64,000 bases of DNA from Limnochordia bacterium (GTDB lineage: Bacteria; Bacillota; Limnochordia; DTU080; RSA5). The notes below the pieces were generated by a model, which saw nothing but the letters and a program-made list of their open reading frames with translations, was not told the DNA's origin and ran no database searches. The position numbers were made by a program, and so were the translations under genes. The DNA lies in NCBI GenBank assembly GCA_041686855.1, contig JAWLDA010000006.1:194034-258033 (forward strand), in the 5' to 3' direction. The stretch's first letter is position 1. The number at the start of each line of letters is the position of its first letter. This document shows, piece after piece, positions 10,553 through 20,861 of this stretch.

Positions 10553-11269
10553 ATGTTTGCACAGCGAGTAAGATCCAGCAGAGGATTCTTGACCACGACG
10601 GCATTGGTGGCGGTCTTTGCGGTGACGTTCGTCTCACCGACGTTTGCAGCCAGTCCGACAGGTGGGGAATTGCAGACGCTTTGGCAGGAGAACCGGTTGG
10701 CCCAAAAACTCGTCGACCTGAACTTAACGCCGGAGCAAGTCGAGGCGTTTAAAGTTGCTGTCCAAGATCTCCAAGCGATGAGGGAAGAGGTGCACACACA
10801 GATCGCGACGTTGCTCGCCGAACGACGAGACGCCCTACTTGAAGGCGCCGAAGAGACGTTAAGCGAGCTGGACGAAGAGCTGCGTGCGACGATTCAAGAG
10901 GCTATGACGGTTGGGACATCTGCCTTAAAGGATTTTATGGAGGGGCTCACTGAGCGTCAGGAGCAGATTGTGCACCAGCTTGTCGGACATGTAGGGGCGG
11001 TCGTGCTCCATCGCTCAGAAGGGCATGCAAGCCCGATGATGCTCCATCGCCGTGAAGGTGCGCCGCAGGATCGAAGCCGCGATGCGCGACTTGAGCGCCG
11101 CCAACACATGCCCGACCGCTGGGAGCCCCGAGAAGCGCCCCGGGTTGAACGCGAGCAGGGGCCTCGCGGCCTCGTGATGAGGCGTCATGCGAGCGGAGCC
11201 TTCCTTCACCCCGCCAACTCCCTTGATCTCGAGGTATTGTTGAGCCTGCTTGACAAAATGAGCGAGTAA
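10553..11269 (+). CDS. Secreted helical protein, Spy/CpxP-like (LTxxQ motifs)
   Basis: Signal peptide ending PTFAA; LNLTPEQ and LTERQEQ motifs; divergent from the two-component system. Confidence 0.6.
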   Translation: MFAQRVRSSRGFLTTTALVAVFAVTFVSPTFAASPTGGELQTLWQENRLAQKLVDLNLTPEQVEAFKVAVQDLQAMREEVHTQIATLLAERRDALLEGAEETLSELDEELRATIQEAMTVGTSALKDFMEGLTERQEQIVHQLVGHVGAVVLHRSEGHASPMMLHRREGAPQDRSRDARLERRQHMPDRWEPREAPRVEREQGPRGLVMRRHASGAFLHPANSLDLEVLLSLLDKMSE

Positions 11270-11343
11270 TCCCCCTCAGGTTTCACTCGCCAACTCAATC
11301 GATGCGCTGGGGCGGGCCGTGGATCTCCATTGCCCGCCCCGCG

Positions 11344-11979
11344 TTATCGGGTGGCTCTTGCCGATTCGCATGGAGAGAGCTCACTCCAGTTTGGGACGGA
11401 GCGAAATGCTGTAGCTCGATCGGGAAGGAGGATGGCCAAGATCCTCCGGGCGTCGGCGCGAAATCGGAGATGCCACAGCTGATTGCGGATGGGAGGCCGG
11501 GGCGACAACGTTCGGTAGGTGACCAGGGGCCGCCCAAAGCGGTCAAACGATGTGACGATCGACGAGTGTCCCAGCCGGCCGGTGCCTCGCCAATCGTAAT
11601 AGATGATATCCCCCAAGCGGAGCCGTTGGACCTCCTCAGGACGGCGCTTTAGATCGACGGCTTCGCCAAAGTTGATACTGAGGTAATGGAACTGGTTCTC
11701 CGGAAGGGACCACGTGCAGGACCACCAGTCGTCCTCCTGCGCATCGTAGCGATCAGGGCCGATCCGCCGGTACCACCACTCCGTGTCGTAACCAGTAGCG
11801 CGGTAGTCCATGGGCCACCCACCGGCAAACAGACATTGGGAGGTGAAGTTGGTGCAATCTCCACCGGCCCCAAAAGCATCCATATTTGCGAAGCGGGGGT
11901 TGGGCACATCCCAATACCTCCCGGCGTAATCGACCGCCGCCTGCCGATCGTAGCGAACCAGTACTCTCTCCACCCTCAT
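11344..11979 (-). CDS. Putative amidase domain protein (Amidase_6-like)
   Basis: YDRQAAVDYA...GGDCTNFTSQCLFAGG...GDIIYYD...GHSSIV. Confidence 0.8.
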   Translation of the reverse strand: MRVERVLVRYDRQAAVDYAGRYWDVPNPRFANMDAFGAGGDCTNFTSQCLFAGGWPMDYRATGYDTEWWYRRIGPDRYDAQEDDWWSCTWSLPENQFHYLSINFGEAVDLKRRPEEVQRLRLGDIIYYDWRGTGRLGHSSIVTSFDRFGRPLVTYRTLSPRPPIRNQLWHLRFRADARRILAILLPDRATAFRSVPNWSELSPCESARATR

Positions 11980-12204
11980 CTATGTGCTCCCCCCTTCGGC
12001 GCTGCGCACTGACACAAAAACACCACGTCACCGGCTAATACACTGTATGTCGGCGTCGTCATGTCGTAAGACTCTTGTGAGCACGAAAGTGGTCAGACCT
12101 CGGATTCCGCTGCGACTTGCCGATTGATCAGGGTTGCCGTGCGGAGGAAAGGTCGGAGTCGCCTCTAAACCATAGGTGAGCGATAGAAGGAGGAGGGAGA
12201 AAAC

Positions 12205-13683
12205 GTGGCGCAAGCGGTTGAGAAGCCCAACATCCTCTTTTTGTTCACCGATCAACAACGTTTGGACTCTTTAGGGTGTTACGGCAATCCAGTCGTGCAG
12301 ACGCCGAATATTGATCGGATTGCCGCCCACGGTGTTCGCTTCGATCAGGCCTACACGTGCACGGCGATTTGCACGGCGGCGCGGGCCTCGGTGGTCACTG
12401 GTGTGATGCCGCATAAACACGGATTGTTGGCCAATTTTGAGCGGAACGTCGGTTACCCCACTGAGCTGCGTGAGGGGACGCGCAGTTTTGCTCATTACCT
12501 GCGCGGCGCAGGATACCATGTCGGCACCGTCGGCAAGTGGCATGTGGGTGTCGAGCGTGGTCCGGATTGGTACGACTTTGACGGAGTGCACTACCCAGGG
12601 TGGGGCCAGCCGGTCGAGCACGAGGATTACCGCCGCTACCTCACTCAGCACGGATACCCTCCCTTTGAGGTGCGTGACGTAGTGAATGCGGCCTGCCCCA
12701 ACCCGAGCAGCACCATTCCGATTGCGGGCGTTCACGAGGCGCCGGTGGAGGCTTCGTTCCCCTACTTCCTCGCCCAGCGGTGCATCGAGCGCTTGCGGCG
12801 TTATGCCGAGGGCGCACGCGAGGGAACCCCGTTCTTTTTGGCGTGCCAGTGGTTTGGACCGCACCTACCGTACTTCCTGCCGGAACGGTATTACAACATG
12901 TACGATCCCGAACTCGTGGAGTTTCCGCCAGGTTGGGGCGAAAGTTTTAGAGGTAAGCCTAGAGTCCATAAGCACTACTCCGAGCACTGGGGCGCCGACG
13001 GCTTTAGCGCCGACAAGTGGCGCAAGCTGATCGCCGTCTACTGGGGCTTCGTCACGTTAATCGATGAGCAGGTCGGGCGCATCCTCGCTGAGCTGGAGGC
13101 TCTGGGGCTTAGCCAAAACACTGCCATCGTTTACTCGACCGATCACGGTGCGTTCGTCGGAAGTCATCGCATGCAAGACAAGGGACCGGCGATGTACGAC
13201 GACATCTACAGAATTCCCTTGGTGGCTCGTCTGCCGCAAGGCGCGCGTGCCTCTGTTGACACGCGCTTTGTATCGTTGGTCGATCTTCCGGCAACCTTCC
13301 TCGATCTCGCCGGGGTCGAGATTCCGGAGGAGTACGACGGTGTCAGCCTTGTCCCGGCACTCAAGGGAGAGGAGGTTCGACGTTGGCGTGAGCACATCAC
13401 GGCCGAGTTTCACGGCCACCACTTTCCGTATCCCCAACGAATGATTCGCACCGAGCGGCACAAACTGGTCATCAATCCCCCAGATATCAACGAGTTGTAC
13501 GACCTCTCCCAAGACCCGGGCGAGCTTGTCAACCGCATCGATGACGAGGCGTATCGTGATGTAAAGAGGGAGTTGATGGCCCGTCTTTATCAGGAACTTC
13601 GGGCCCGGGGCGATAACTTTTACCATTGGATGACAACTAAGTTTGAGATTGGCGATTCGAGCGATGATCCATTACTGCGTTAA
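12205..13683 (+). CDS. Cytoplasmic sulfatase (arylsulfatase/choline-sulfatase family)
   Basis: PNILFLFTDQQR, CTAARASVVTG signature, GKWH, STDHG, ELYDLSQDPGEL. Confidence 0.9.
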   Translation: MAQAVEKPNILFLFTDQQRLDSLGCYGNPVVQTPNIDRIAAHGVRFDQAYTCTAICTAARASVVTGVMPHKHGLLANFERNVGYPTELREGTRSFAHYLRGAGYHVGTVGKWHVGVERGPDWYDFDGVHYPGWGQPVEHEDYRRYLTQHGYPPFEVRDVVNAACPNPSSTIPIAGVHEAPVEASFPYFLAQRCIERLRRYAEGAREGTPFFLACQWFGPHLPYFLPERYYNMYDPELVEFPPGWGESFRGKPRVHKHYSEHWGADGFSADKWRKLIAVYWGFVTLIDEQVGRILAELEALGLSQNTAIVYSTDHGAFVGSHRMQDKGPAMYDDIYRIPLVARLPQGARASVDTRFVSLVDLPATFLDLAGVEIPEEYDGVSLVPALKGEEVRRWREHITAEFHGHHFPYPQRMIRTERHKLVINPPDINELYDLSQDPGELVNRIDDEAYRDVKRELMARLYQELRARGDNFYHWMTTKFEIGDSSDDPLLR

Positions 13684-13755
13684 GGGTGAACCTAAACCTA
13701 ACGTAGACGACAATCCCTACTTGTGCGCTAGGGTAGGGGAGGGGGACATCGCAAG

Positions 13756-14349
13756 GTGCGTAAGGCATGGTTATGGGTCGCATTGGGGGCAGTCGTGTTT
13801 GTCATTGCAGGGGCCGCGTTTTCGGTTGGTCGCATGGCAGCGATGCCGCAACAGTCCCCGAAAGTGGAGGTGAAGCCGCCGACCAAAGAGGAACGCGAGC
13901 TTCAGAAATTAAAGATCGCGGCATCCGAAGGGAAGCTGGTGGAGGCGACACCAACCCCACAGGGTTGGGTGGTCCGCTTTGAGCAAGAGGCCGAAGAGCT
14001 CAGTAAGAAGTCCTTGGCTGAACAGGCGCAAAAGTTCTTTAGCGACCTTGCTCGCAGCGAAGTTGAGGTTGCACGCACGTCCTTTGAAGCAAAGAGCAGT
14101 TCGCTCAAGGATGTTTGGGGCAATACGCTCAAGGACGTCCCCGTGGCTCGAGTCGAGTTAAGTCAGGAGACGTTTAAACGCATTAATTGGAAAGGCTTCT
14201 CGCCCGACAACTTCTCCCGAGTGGCGGATGAGCTGTGGGTGCACGAGATCATTGAGCGCATCGAAGAGCAGAAAAAGCAACAATCCCAGCAGCAAGGAGG
14301 TCAGGGGGGCTCACAGCAGGGCGGCGGCTCTGGGCAGGGTCAAGGGTAA
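13756..14349 (+). CDS. Hypothetical membrane-anchored protein with Gln/Gly-rich tail
   Basis: N-terminal hydrophobic helix; C-terminal QQSQQQGGQGGSQQGGGSGQGQG. Confidence 0.65.
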   Translation: MRKAWLWVALGAVVFVIAGAAFSVGRMAAMPQQSPKVEVKPPTKEERELQKLKIAASEGKLVEATPTPQGWVVRFEQEAEELSKKSLAEQAQKFFSDLARSEVEVARTSFEAKSSSLKDVWGNTLKDVPVARVELSQETFKRINWKGFSPDNFSRVADELWVHEIIERIEEQKKQQSQQQGGQGGSQQGGGSGQGQG

Positions 14350-14418
14350 TTCTGGCGAATGATTCGTCAATCGTTCGATTCTTAAAGCCCGACCCAAGAA
14401 GGCTGGTGTCTTGAAAAA

Positions 14419-15666
14419 GTGCTCGAGAATGAGAGGAATCTTTGGGACCAGGGGATCGCCAGGCGGCGTTCCGTTCCGGTTAGGGTGGGTGACGTTTGGA
14501 TCGGTGGCGATCACCCGATCGTCGTTCAATCAATGACCAACACCGACACGGCGGACGCGCAAGCAACGGCGGAGCAAGTGAAAGAGCTGGCGGACGCCGG
14601 CAGCGAGATCGTACGCGTCACCGTCAATCACGAGGAGGCGGCCGCGGCTGTTCCCGCGATGGTCGCGCAACTGCGCGACTGGGGTGTGCGCACTCCGATT
14701 GTCGGCGACTTTCACTACAATGGGCACATCCTGTTGGAACGTTTTCCCGAGTGTGCCAAGGCGTTGGACAAGTACCGCATCAACCCGGGAAACGTCGGCG
14801 CAAAAAGGCGGGACGAGAACTTTCAATCTATAGTCCAGCAGGCTATAAAATGGGAGAAGCCGGTCCGTATCGGGGTGAATTGGGGCTCCCTCGATCAACA
14901 GCTTTTGACCGAGTTGATGGATGCAAATGCGAAGCGGACCGCGCCGAAAACGGCAAAGGAAGTGACGTTGGAGGCGATGGTGCAAAGCGCGCTCCGTTCG
15001 GCCGAATTTGCTGAAGAGTGCGGCCTCCCGCACGATCGAATCGTCATTAGCGCCAAGGTCTCCGGTGTCCAAGATTTGATCGCGGTCTACCGCAACTTGG
15101 CAGCGCGATGCGATTATCCGCTCCACCTCGGGTTAACCGAGGCGGGCATGGGCGTCAAAGGGATCGTATCCAGCACGGCAGGCCTCTCTGTGCTGCTACA
15201 GGAGGGGATTGGAGATACGATACGCGTCTCGCTCACCCCGACTCCCGGCGGACCCCGCACCGAAGAGGTACACGTCGCTCAGCAAATACTGCAATCCCTC
15301 GAGATTCGCAGTTTCACACCACAGGTGACTTCGTGTCCAGGATGCGGCCGGACAACGAGTACTTTTTTTCAACAGATGGCGGAGGATATTCAACGTCACA
15401 TACAGCAGCAGATGCCGCAATGGCGTAGGGCGTATCCTGGGGTCGAGTCTCTTAAGGTTGCCGTGATGGGATGTGTCGTTAACGGCCCTGGCGAAAGCAA
15501 GCACGCGCACATCGGGATCTCCCTGCCGGGGACCTTTGAAGAGCCCAAGGCGCCGGTGTTCGTCGACGGCGAGCTGCACACGACGTTGCGCGGCGAGGGT
15601 ATTGTTGAAGAGTTTACTCGCATCCTCGATAATTATGTCGCTACTCGATTCACCCCGGTCGCCTAA
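14419..15666 (+). CDS. ispG: HMBPP synthase
   Basis: [58 protein letters not shown]. Confidence 0.95.
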   Translation: MLENERNLWDQGIARRRSVPVRVGDVWIGGDHPIVVQSMTNTDTADAQATAEQVKELADAGSEIVRVTVNHEEAAAAVPAMVAQLRDWGVRTPIVGDFHYNGHILLERFPECAKALDKYRINPGNVGAKRRDENFQSIVQQAIKWEKPVRIGVNWGSLDQQLLTELMDANAKRTAPKTAKEVTLEAMVQSALRSAEFAEECGLPHDRIVISAKVSGVQDLIAVYRNLAARCDYPLHLGLTEAGMGVKGIVSSTAGLSVLLQEGIGDTIRVSLTPTPGGPRTEEVHVAQQILQSLEIRSFTPQVTSCPGCGRTTSTFFQQMAEDIQRHIQQQMPQWRRAYPGVESLKVAVMGCVVNGPGESKHAHIGISLPGTFEEPKAPVFVDGELHTTLRGEGIVEEFTRILDNYVATRFTPVA

Positions 15667-15784
15667 GGGAGGTCGGAAACTCACACGCGTTCGCCCTGCT
15701 CTGCTGGGACTTCGTGCCAACCATACAATGGTATCATTCATCTCCCGAACGGTGGAACACTAAGGGTCGAAGGGAGGTGAGTTC

Positions 15785-16129
15785 ATGGCTGAAGGACAGC
15801 AGAGTAATCAGCCGCTCCTGCCCCAGGCAGGTCAGGCCCTTGATCGCTTCAAGTATGAAGTGGCTCAGGAGGTTGCCACCACCTCCAATGACCCCCAGGC
15901 CCAGTTGCTCCAGCAGTGGTACGCCGGGCAGACCGGGGGATACGGCGGTGACATCCCCTCTCGCGTTTGGGGTGCGGTTGGAGGACATATGGTTCGTCGC
16001 ATGATCGCCGCGGCCGAGCAGTCCCTCGTCGGTCAGGCAACCCAGGGTGTGCAGCAGGGATTCCGTCAGGCTATCAACACGGGGTTCCAGCAGCAGAACC
16101 AGCAGCATCTGCAACCCCGGGACGTGTAA
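15785..16129 (+). CDS. Alpha/beta-type small acid-soluble spore protein (extended)
   Basis: ALDRFKYEVAQE and GDIPSRVWGAVGGHMVRRMIAAAEQSL match the two SASP helices; GGAGG RBS. Confidence 0.85.
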   Translation: MAEGQQSNQPLLPQAGQALDRFKYEVAQEVATTSNDPQAQLLQQWYAGQTGGYGGDIPSRVWGAVGGHMVRRMIAAAEQSLVGQATQGVQQGFRQAINTGFQQQNQQHLQPRDV

Positions 16130-16144
16130 TCTAGCGATACATTC

Positions 16145-16182
16145 AAGGCGGGGGCTCCGAGTTTCGGGGGTCCCTGCCTTTG
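16145..16182 (+). terminator. Hairpin terminator after the SASP gene
   Basis: AAGGCGGGGGCTCCGA-GTT-TCGGGGGTCCCTGCCTT stem-loop. Confidence 0.65.
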
Positions 16183-16209
16183 ACCGATAAAGGTGTGTGA
16201 GCGACAATC

Positions 16210-17301
16210 GTGCGTGATGGGGCTCACTCCCATTGGTTCCCACTCGCCCCGCTCGGACTGACGGCCCGCCATATGAGCTGGGTGCTCCCTCAAACCGACC
16301 GTGCGCTTGACGGCTGGCGCACGCGTGCGCGCGCCATTCCAGATCCCACATTGAGACGACAAGCACTCTCAAGCATCGACACCAAACGCTTTCATTGCCA
16401 AGGGGGAACGGTCTTTGCTGCATGGCATCCCCAGTCCGCCGAGGCGCTCCTTCGCTTTATCGTCGCCTTCCAAACAGTGAGTGATTACCTCGACAACCTA
16501 TGTGACAGGACAGACCACTTAGACGCTTTCACATTTCGTACTCTGCACCGGTCGATGATGGACGCTGTGAGCCCGTTTACATCGGCGAGGGGAGGGTATT
16601 ACAGCCATTATCCGCACAAAGAGGATGGAGGCTACCTTGAGGCTCTCGTCGACGTGTGCCGAACCACCCTTGCTCAGTTTCCGCGATACTCGCAGTTTGA
16701 GGTGAAGGTGAAGCACCTGGTCTCCCTCTATATTGATCTCCAGGTTTATAAGCACGTGGAGTACAATGAGCGCGTGCCAAACTTGGAGGCTTGGTTCGGC
16801 AGACACCAATCAGCGACGCCCCAGTTATATTGGTGGGAGTTTGCGGCAGCCGCCGGATCGACGTTGGGTATCTTTGCCCTTGTGACTGAAGGGGCTCGTC
16901 ACGAGCCGGTTGAGGCGCTCGAAAGCCTCTTTGGCGCCTACTTCCCCTGGATTGCGGCGCTCCACATCCTCCTCGATTACCTGATCGATCAGGAGGAAGA
17001 TCGACGCGAGCGGGACCTGAACTTTGTCAGCTTCTACACGTCGCGCCAAGAGGCACGGGAGCGCTTGGTGTGGATTCTCGAAGAAGCTGTGCGCAGCGCT
17101 CGCGGTTTGGCGGCGGCTCCTTTTCACCTCTGCGTGATCGAAGGACTCTTGGGCCTCTACCTGACGGATCCAAAGGTGGTTACTGACGGTCACGAAGATG
17201 TGGCTGACGCGCTGATTAGCCGGGCCGGTTGGCGGGCACGGCTGGTCAGGTCAGCTTGTCGGGTTTGGCGGTGCACGCGCAGTTTGAAAGCGGCAGATTA
17301 A
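16210..17301 (+). CDS. ytpB: Tetraprenyl-beta-curcumene synthase family protein (YtpB/DUF2600)
   Basis: KRFHCQGG, FIVAFQTVSDYLDNLCD, WWEFAAAAGSTLGIFAL, LHILLDYLIDQEED. Confidence 0.85.
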   Translation: MRDGAHSHWFPLAPLGLTARHMSWVLPQTDRALDGWRTRARAIPDPTLRRQALSSIDTKRFHCQGGTVFAAWHPQSAEALLRFIVAFQTVSDYLDNLCDRTDHLDAFTFRTLHRSMMDAVSPFTSARGGYYSHYPHKEDGGYLEALVDVCRTTLAQFPRYSQFEVKVKHLVSLYIDLQVYKHVEYNERVPNLEAWFGRHQSATPQLYWWEFAAAAGSTLGIFALVTEGARHEPVEALESLFGAYFPWIAALHILLDYLIDQEEDRRERDLNFVSFYTSRQEARERLVWILEEAVRSARGLAAAPFHLCVIEGLLGLYLTDPKVVTDGHEDVADALISRAGWRARLVRSACRVWRCTRSLKAAD

Positions 17302-17768
17302 AGCGAGGGAATGACGTCGTAACCCAGAGCGCGAAGCATGCGGGTCCACCTTGGGCGTCGCTCGGCTTTGAGGAGCTCTTCTTGATCCTCAAAGTAGCGG
17401 TGAATCGCCTCCATTTGATCGGGAAGCAACTCGCTGTAGAAGAAGCGCAGGGGTGTCGGCGTAATGAGGCGTCCGTCGACGGTAAACTGGTAGGCTCCCA
17501 CAGGCGCATTGCCGACACGTGATTGCTGCGCAAGGAGCATCTCCCAAAAGACCGGGACTTCGTGCATGTTGTCGAGCACGCCTTCTTCAAGCACAAAGTC
17601 GAGCGTTCCCGGGTCACCCTTCTCATCGTATCCGACCACGAAGGACTCGTAGCGAATCACCCGATCGACTTGATCGAGGTAGACCCAGACGAAGACATCG
17701 TCGGCGTAGGATATGACGTTTTTAACCTTTTCTCCAAACGGTCGGCCGTTTTGGTTCAATCCCGTCAC
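17298..17768 (-). CDS. Hypothetical protein
   Basis: 156 aa ORF with GGGAG RBS and protein-like composition; no motif recognised. Confidence 0.6.
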   Translation of the reverse strand: MTGLNQNGRPFGEKVKNVISYADDVFVWVYLDQVDRVIRYESFVVGYDEKGDPGTLDFVLEEGVLDNMHEVPVFWEMLLAQQSRVGNAPVGAYQFTVDGRLITPTPLRFFYSELLPDQMEAIHRYFEDQEELLKAERRPRWTRMLRALGYDVIPSL

Positions 17769-17950
17769 AACTCCCCGAAGACTTTCTCGTTGGTAGATCG
17801 CTACGCCATTGGTCTACCCCGGCACCCTTTATGCTATGTACAACGGCCCCCAACGGATGTCCTTCTGCGAGGTTGACGCGTTACATGTTGCCGCTCGACC
17901 AAGGGTATCTTAGGAGCGAAAAGAGATTACGGACGAGAGGATGGAGGCTT

Positions 17951-18154
17951 GTGTCGCAGATTACTGAGAAGGAGCTTGCACTCCTTGAAGAGCTCATGCG
18001 GTACGAGGAAGCACTCTACGAGAAGTTTCATCACTTCGCCGAGTGCGCGTCTGAAGAGGCCACCCGCAAGTTGTGCCTTCAATTGGGCGACCGCAGTCGC
18101 GAGCACTACGCTGCGTTGGCCGCAACACTATCGAGCAGCGGCCCGGTCCATTAA
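17951..18154 (+). CDS. Small spore coat protein (CotF/ferritin-like helix)
   Basis: GGAGG RBS, GTG start; ITEKELALLEELMRYEEALYEKFHHFAEC...H. Confidence 0.65.
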   Translation: MSQITEKELALLEELMRYEEALYEKFHHFAECASEEATRKLCLQLGDRSREHYAALAATLSSSGPVH

Positions 18155-18188
18155 GCCCAATACACTCTTTCCAGAGAGGATGTTCGCG

Positions 18189-18497
18189 GTGAAGATGAAG
18201 GATTCCTCGATTCTTACTGACGCCTTGGGATCGTTGAAGCACGCAGCCTCGTGTTACCAAATGGGCGTTTTGGAATCAGACAGTGATAACGTGCGTGAGG
18301 CGCTTCAAGGGATCATGGTTGACCGGTGCGACCAACAGCGAGCCGTCTTTAACCTGATGCATCAAATGGGAATGTACAAGACAGCGCCGGCGCAGTCGGG
18401 CGATGTCGAGCGACTTATTCAGAGTGTGCAGCAGAGCAAAGCTGAGATGGACGCGAAGCATTCCCACGCGGAGCCCGTCTCTCCACACGAGGGCTAA
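18189..18497 (+). CDS. Spore coat protein (Coat F domain-like)
   Basis: MKDSSILTDALGSLKHAASCY...ESDSDNVREAL...FNLMHQMGMY pattern; start estimated. Confidence 0.65.
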   Translation: MKMKDSSILTDALGSLKHAASCYQMGVLESDSDNVREALQGIMVDRCDQQRAVFNLMHQMGMYKTAPAQSGDVERLIQSVQQSKAEMDAKHSHAEPVSPHEG

Positions 18498-18599
18498 GGG
18501 GATATCGCAGATTGGAGGAGTCCTTCAACCTATTGTGGAAGGGAAGCTTCACTCATGAAAGACTTCCACTTACTTCCATGATGAGGGAGGAGCCCTCTA

Positions 18600-19973
18600 A
18601 TGCGGAACATTGATTGGAACCAACTGGCATCCGAAAACGTGCAGGAGTACGAAGAATGGTTGCGGGAGTTCTGTCGAATTCCGGGCGTTAGCGCTACTGG
18701 CCAAGGCGTGGACGCGTCGGTGGAGTTTCTGACGTCGCGCTTTAAGAGCCTCGGCGCCGACGTAGAGATCTTACGGCTCGACGTCGCTAATCCGGCCATT
18801 TTGGTCACCTTTGCAGCATCGAGGGAGGAGGGCGGCAATCACACCCTCCTCTTTTATGACCATTACGACGTCCAGCCGCCGGAGCCACTGTCCGAGTGGC
18901 AGAGCGATCCATTTGAACCTAGCGTTAGAGAGGGTCGGATGTACGCGCGAGGTGTGAGCGATAACAAGGGGGACCTGATCTCCCGCATGGCCGCGGTGCA
19001 TTTGGTCCAGCAGGCCGGCGGCCTCCCATGCACGGTGAAGTTTTTCCTCGAAGGCGAAGAGGAGATCGGCAGTCCGAACCTCTCGCGCTTCGTTGACGCT
19101 TACGCACCGAAGCTACAGGCCGACGCCTGTATTTGGGAGAGCGGTTCCCGCGATCCTAACGAGCGACTCCACCTCTTCTTGGGCCTTAAGGGGATTGCGT
19201 ACGTTGAGCTTTCCGCCCGGGTGGCTGACGTTGATCTGCACTCCAGCTACGGCGCGATCGTAGACGCTGCTTCCAACCGCCTGGCTCGAGCGGTTGCCTC
19301 GCTCCGCGATGAGCAGGGCAAGGTGCTTATCCCCGGGTTTTACGATCAGGTGATCCCACCGAGCGCCGAAGTGCGCCGAGCGGTACAAGCGATTCCGTTT
19401 GAGAGCGCCAAGTACCGACAGACCTTCGGTGTCAGCCGGTTTGTACGGGGAAAAGAGGGTGCCGGAGCGCTGGCGGCCCTCCTACTCGAACCGTCGTGCA
19501 CGGTATGTGGTTTTGAGGCGGGGTATACGGGCGAAGGGGCCAAGACCGTGTTGCCCAAAGAGGCTCGAGCCAAAGTGGACTTCCGACTCGTACCCAACCA
19601 ATCGCCGGAGCGTGTAGTCGAGAGACTTCGCCATCACTTGGAGATGGAGGGGTACGGTGACGTGCAGGTTCGCCTGTTGGCCGGAGAGGAGCCCCATCGG
19701 ACGAGGCTCGACGATCCCTTCGTACAGCGCGTCTCCCAAGTCGCACACGATTTGACCGGTCGGGAAATCTGCCTGTACCCGACGCATTACGGTTCGGGTC
19801 CGATGCATCCGATCGCCGATCGATTGGGTGTCCCCATTGTAAGCCTAGGCGTCAGTTACTGGGACTCCAAGGCGCATGCGCCCAACGAGAATATCCGCTT
19901 AAGTGATTTTAAGGAGACGGTCGCGTTGATGGCCGGTCTCATCGCGTCATTTGCGGACAGCTCCGGAGAGTAA
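18600..19973 (+). CDS. M20/M25/M40 family metallo-hydrolase (dipeptidase/deacetylase)
   Basis: YDHYDVQP, ARGVSDNKG, EGEEEIGS, DLHSS, HAPNENI. Confidence 0.9.
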   Translation: MRNIDWNQLASENVQEYEEWLREFCRIPGVSATGQGVDASVEFLTSRFKSLGADVEILRLDVANPAILVTFAASREEGGNHTLLFYDHYDVQPPEPLSEWQSDPFEPSVREGRMYARGVSDNKGDLISRMAAVHLVQQAGGLPCTVKFFLEGEEEIGSPNLSRFVDAYAPKLQADACIWESGSRDPNERLHLFLGLKGIAYVELSARVADVDLHSSYGAIVDAASNRLARAVASLRDEQGKVLIPGFYDQVIPPSAEVRRAVQAIPFESAKYRQTFGVSRFVRGKEGAGALAALLLEPSCTVCGFEAGYTGEGAKTVLPKEARAKVDFRLVPNQSPERVVERLRHHLEMEGYGDVQVRLLAGEEPHRTRLDDPFVQRVSQVAHDLTGREICLYPTHYGSGPMHPIADRLGVPIVSLGVSYWDSKAHAPNENIRLSDFKETVALMAGLIASFADSSGE

Positions 19974-20768
19974 CGGGGCTTGTTCAGCCGGGGGAAGAGG
20001 GGGCTCCTCTTCCCCGATCAGCTCCACCGTTTCAACCCCTTTGACTCGCATCGCCACTTGAGTCACCCGCTTCTCCGCTTCCCTAGAAGGAAACTCCCCG
20101 ATCAAGACGGCGCACTTGGAGCGACTGTCGAAACGGACTTTGTTGACCTGCCAGCGCACAGCTGTCTCGTCCTGAGCGAACGCCTCTTTCAAGTCAAACT
20201 CGACGACGGCCTTCTCCTTCTCCCTCGGCGACAGAAAGAATGTCAAGAGTGCGTCGTGGATAGACTCCCAGATCACGATCGCTATCAAGCTCCCAATCGA
20301 CATCATGAGGTAACTAAGGGACGTCGGCATCGATGCAAAGCTCTGGTTGAAGGTAAGTGTAAGCACCGCCGTTACGGCGACCCCGACCGGTACGTGCCAG
20401 CCGGCGCGCAACTGTGCAATGGGTCCGACTTGAATCACCAGAAAGCGACCCTTTCGAATTGACCATCTTCGGATGAGCGCCAAGGCTGCGCCCGCAACCA
20501 AGACGAATGCCGTGACCAACTCACCGTAGACAAACAGCTCGAAGGGTGGGGGTGGACCGGCGTCGAGGGTACGGTTGCCGATCCAGCGAAGCCCGAAGGC
20601 GAAGAGTGCGTTAATTGCGTACCAGTAGTACTTGCCATACGTGAAAAGCAAGGCTGCAATGGCTCCGGAGAGCGCCGCCCGGTATGAGGGCATGTACCCT
20701 AAGCCGAGTTCACGCAGGCGAACGAGTCGACCTGACCGGGCAAGAGACTCGATGGCGGACTCCAGCAT
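19947..20768 (-). CDS. Membrane protein with C-terminal BON-like domain
   Basis: Several hydrophobic segments; C-terminal LIGEFPSREAEKRVTQVAMRVKGVETVE resembles BON. Confidence 0.6.
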   Translation of the reverse strand: MLESAIESLARSGRLVRLRELGLGYMPSYRAALSGAIAALLFTYGKYYWYAINALFAFGLRWIGNRTLDAGPPPPFELFVYGELVTAFVLVAGAALALIRRWSIRKGRFLVIQVGPIAQLRAGWHVPVGVAVTAVLTLTFNQSFASMPTSLSYLMMSIGSLIAIVIWESIHDALLTFFLSPREKEKAVVEFDLKEAFAQDETAVRWQVNKVRFDSRSKCAVLIGEFPSREAEKRVTQVAMRVKGVETVELIGEEEPPLPPAEQAPLLSGAVRK

Positions 20769-20861
20769 GAAGCATACCTCCTACACGCTTCTTTCTGATA
20801 TGTGATTCAAATCGCTGCGCCTGCGTTCCTGCGCCGCAACTCACTTTTTGCGTGGTAGGCG

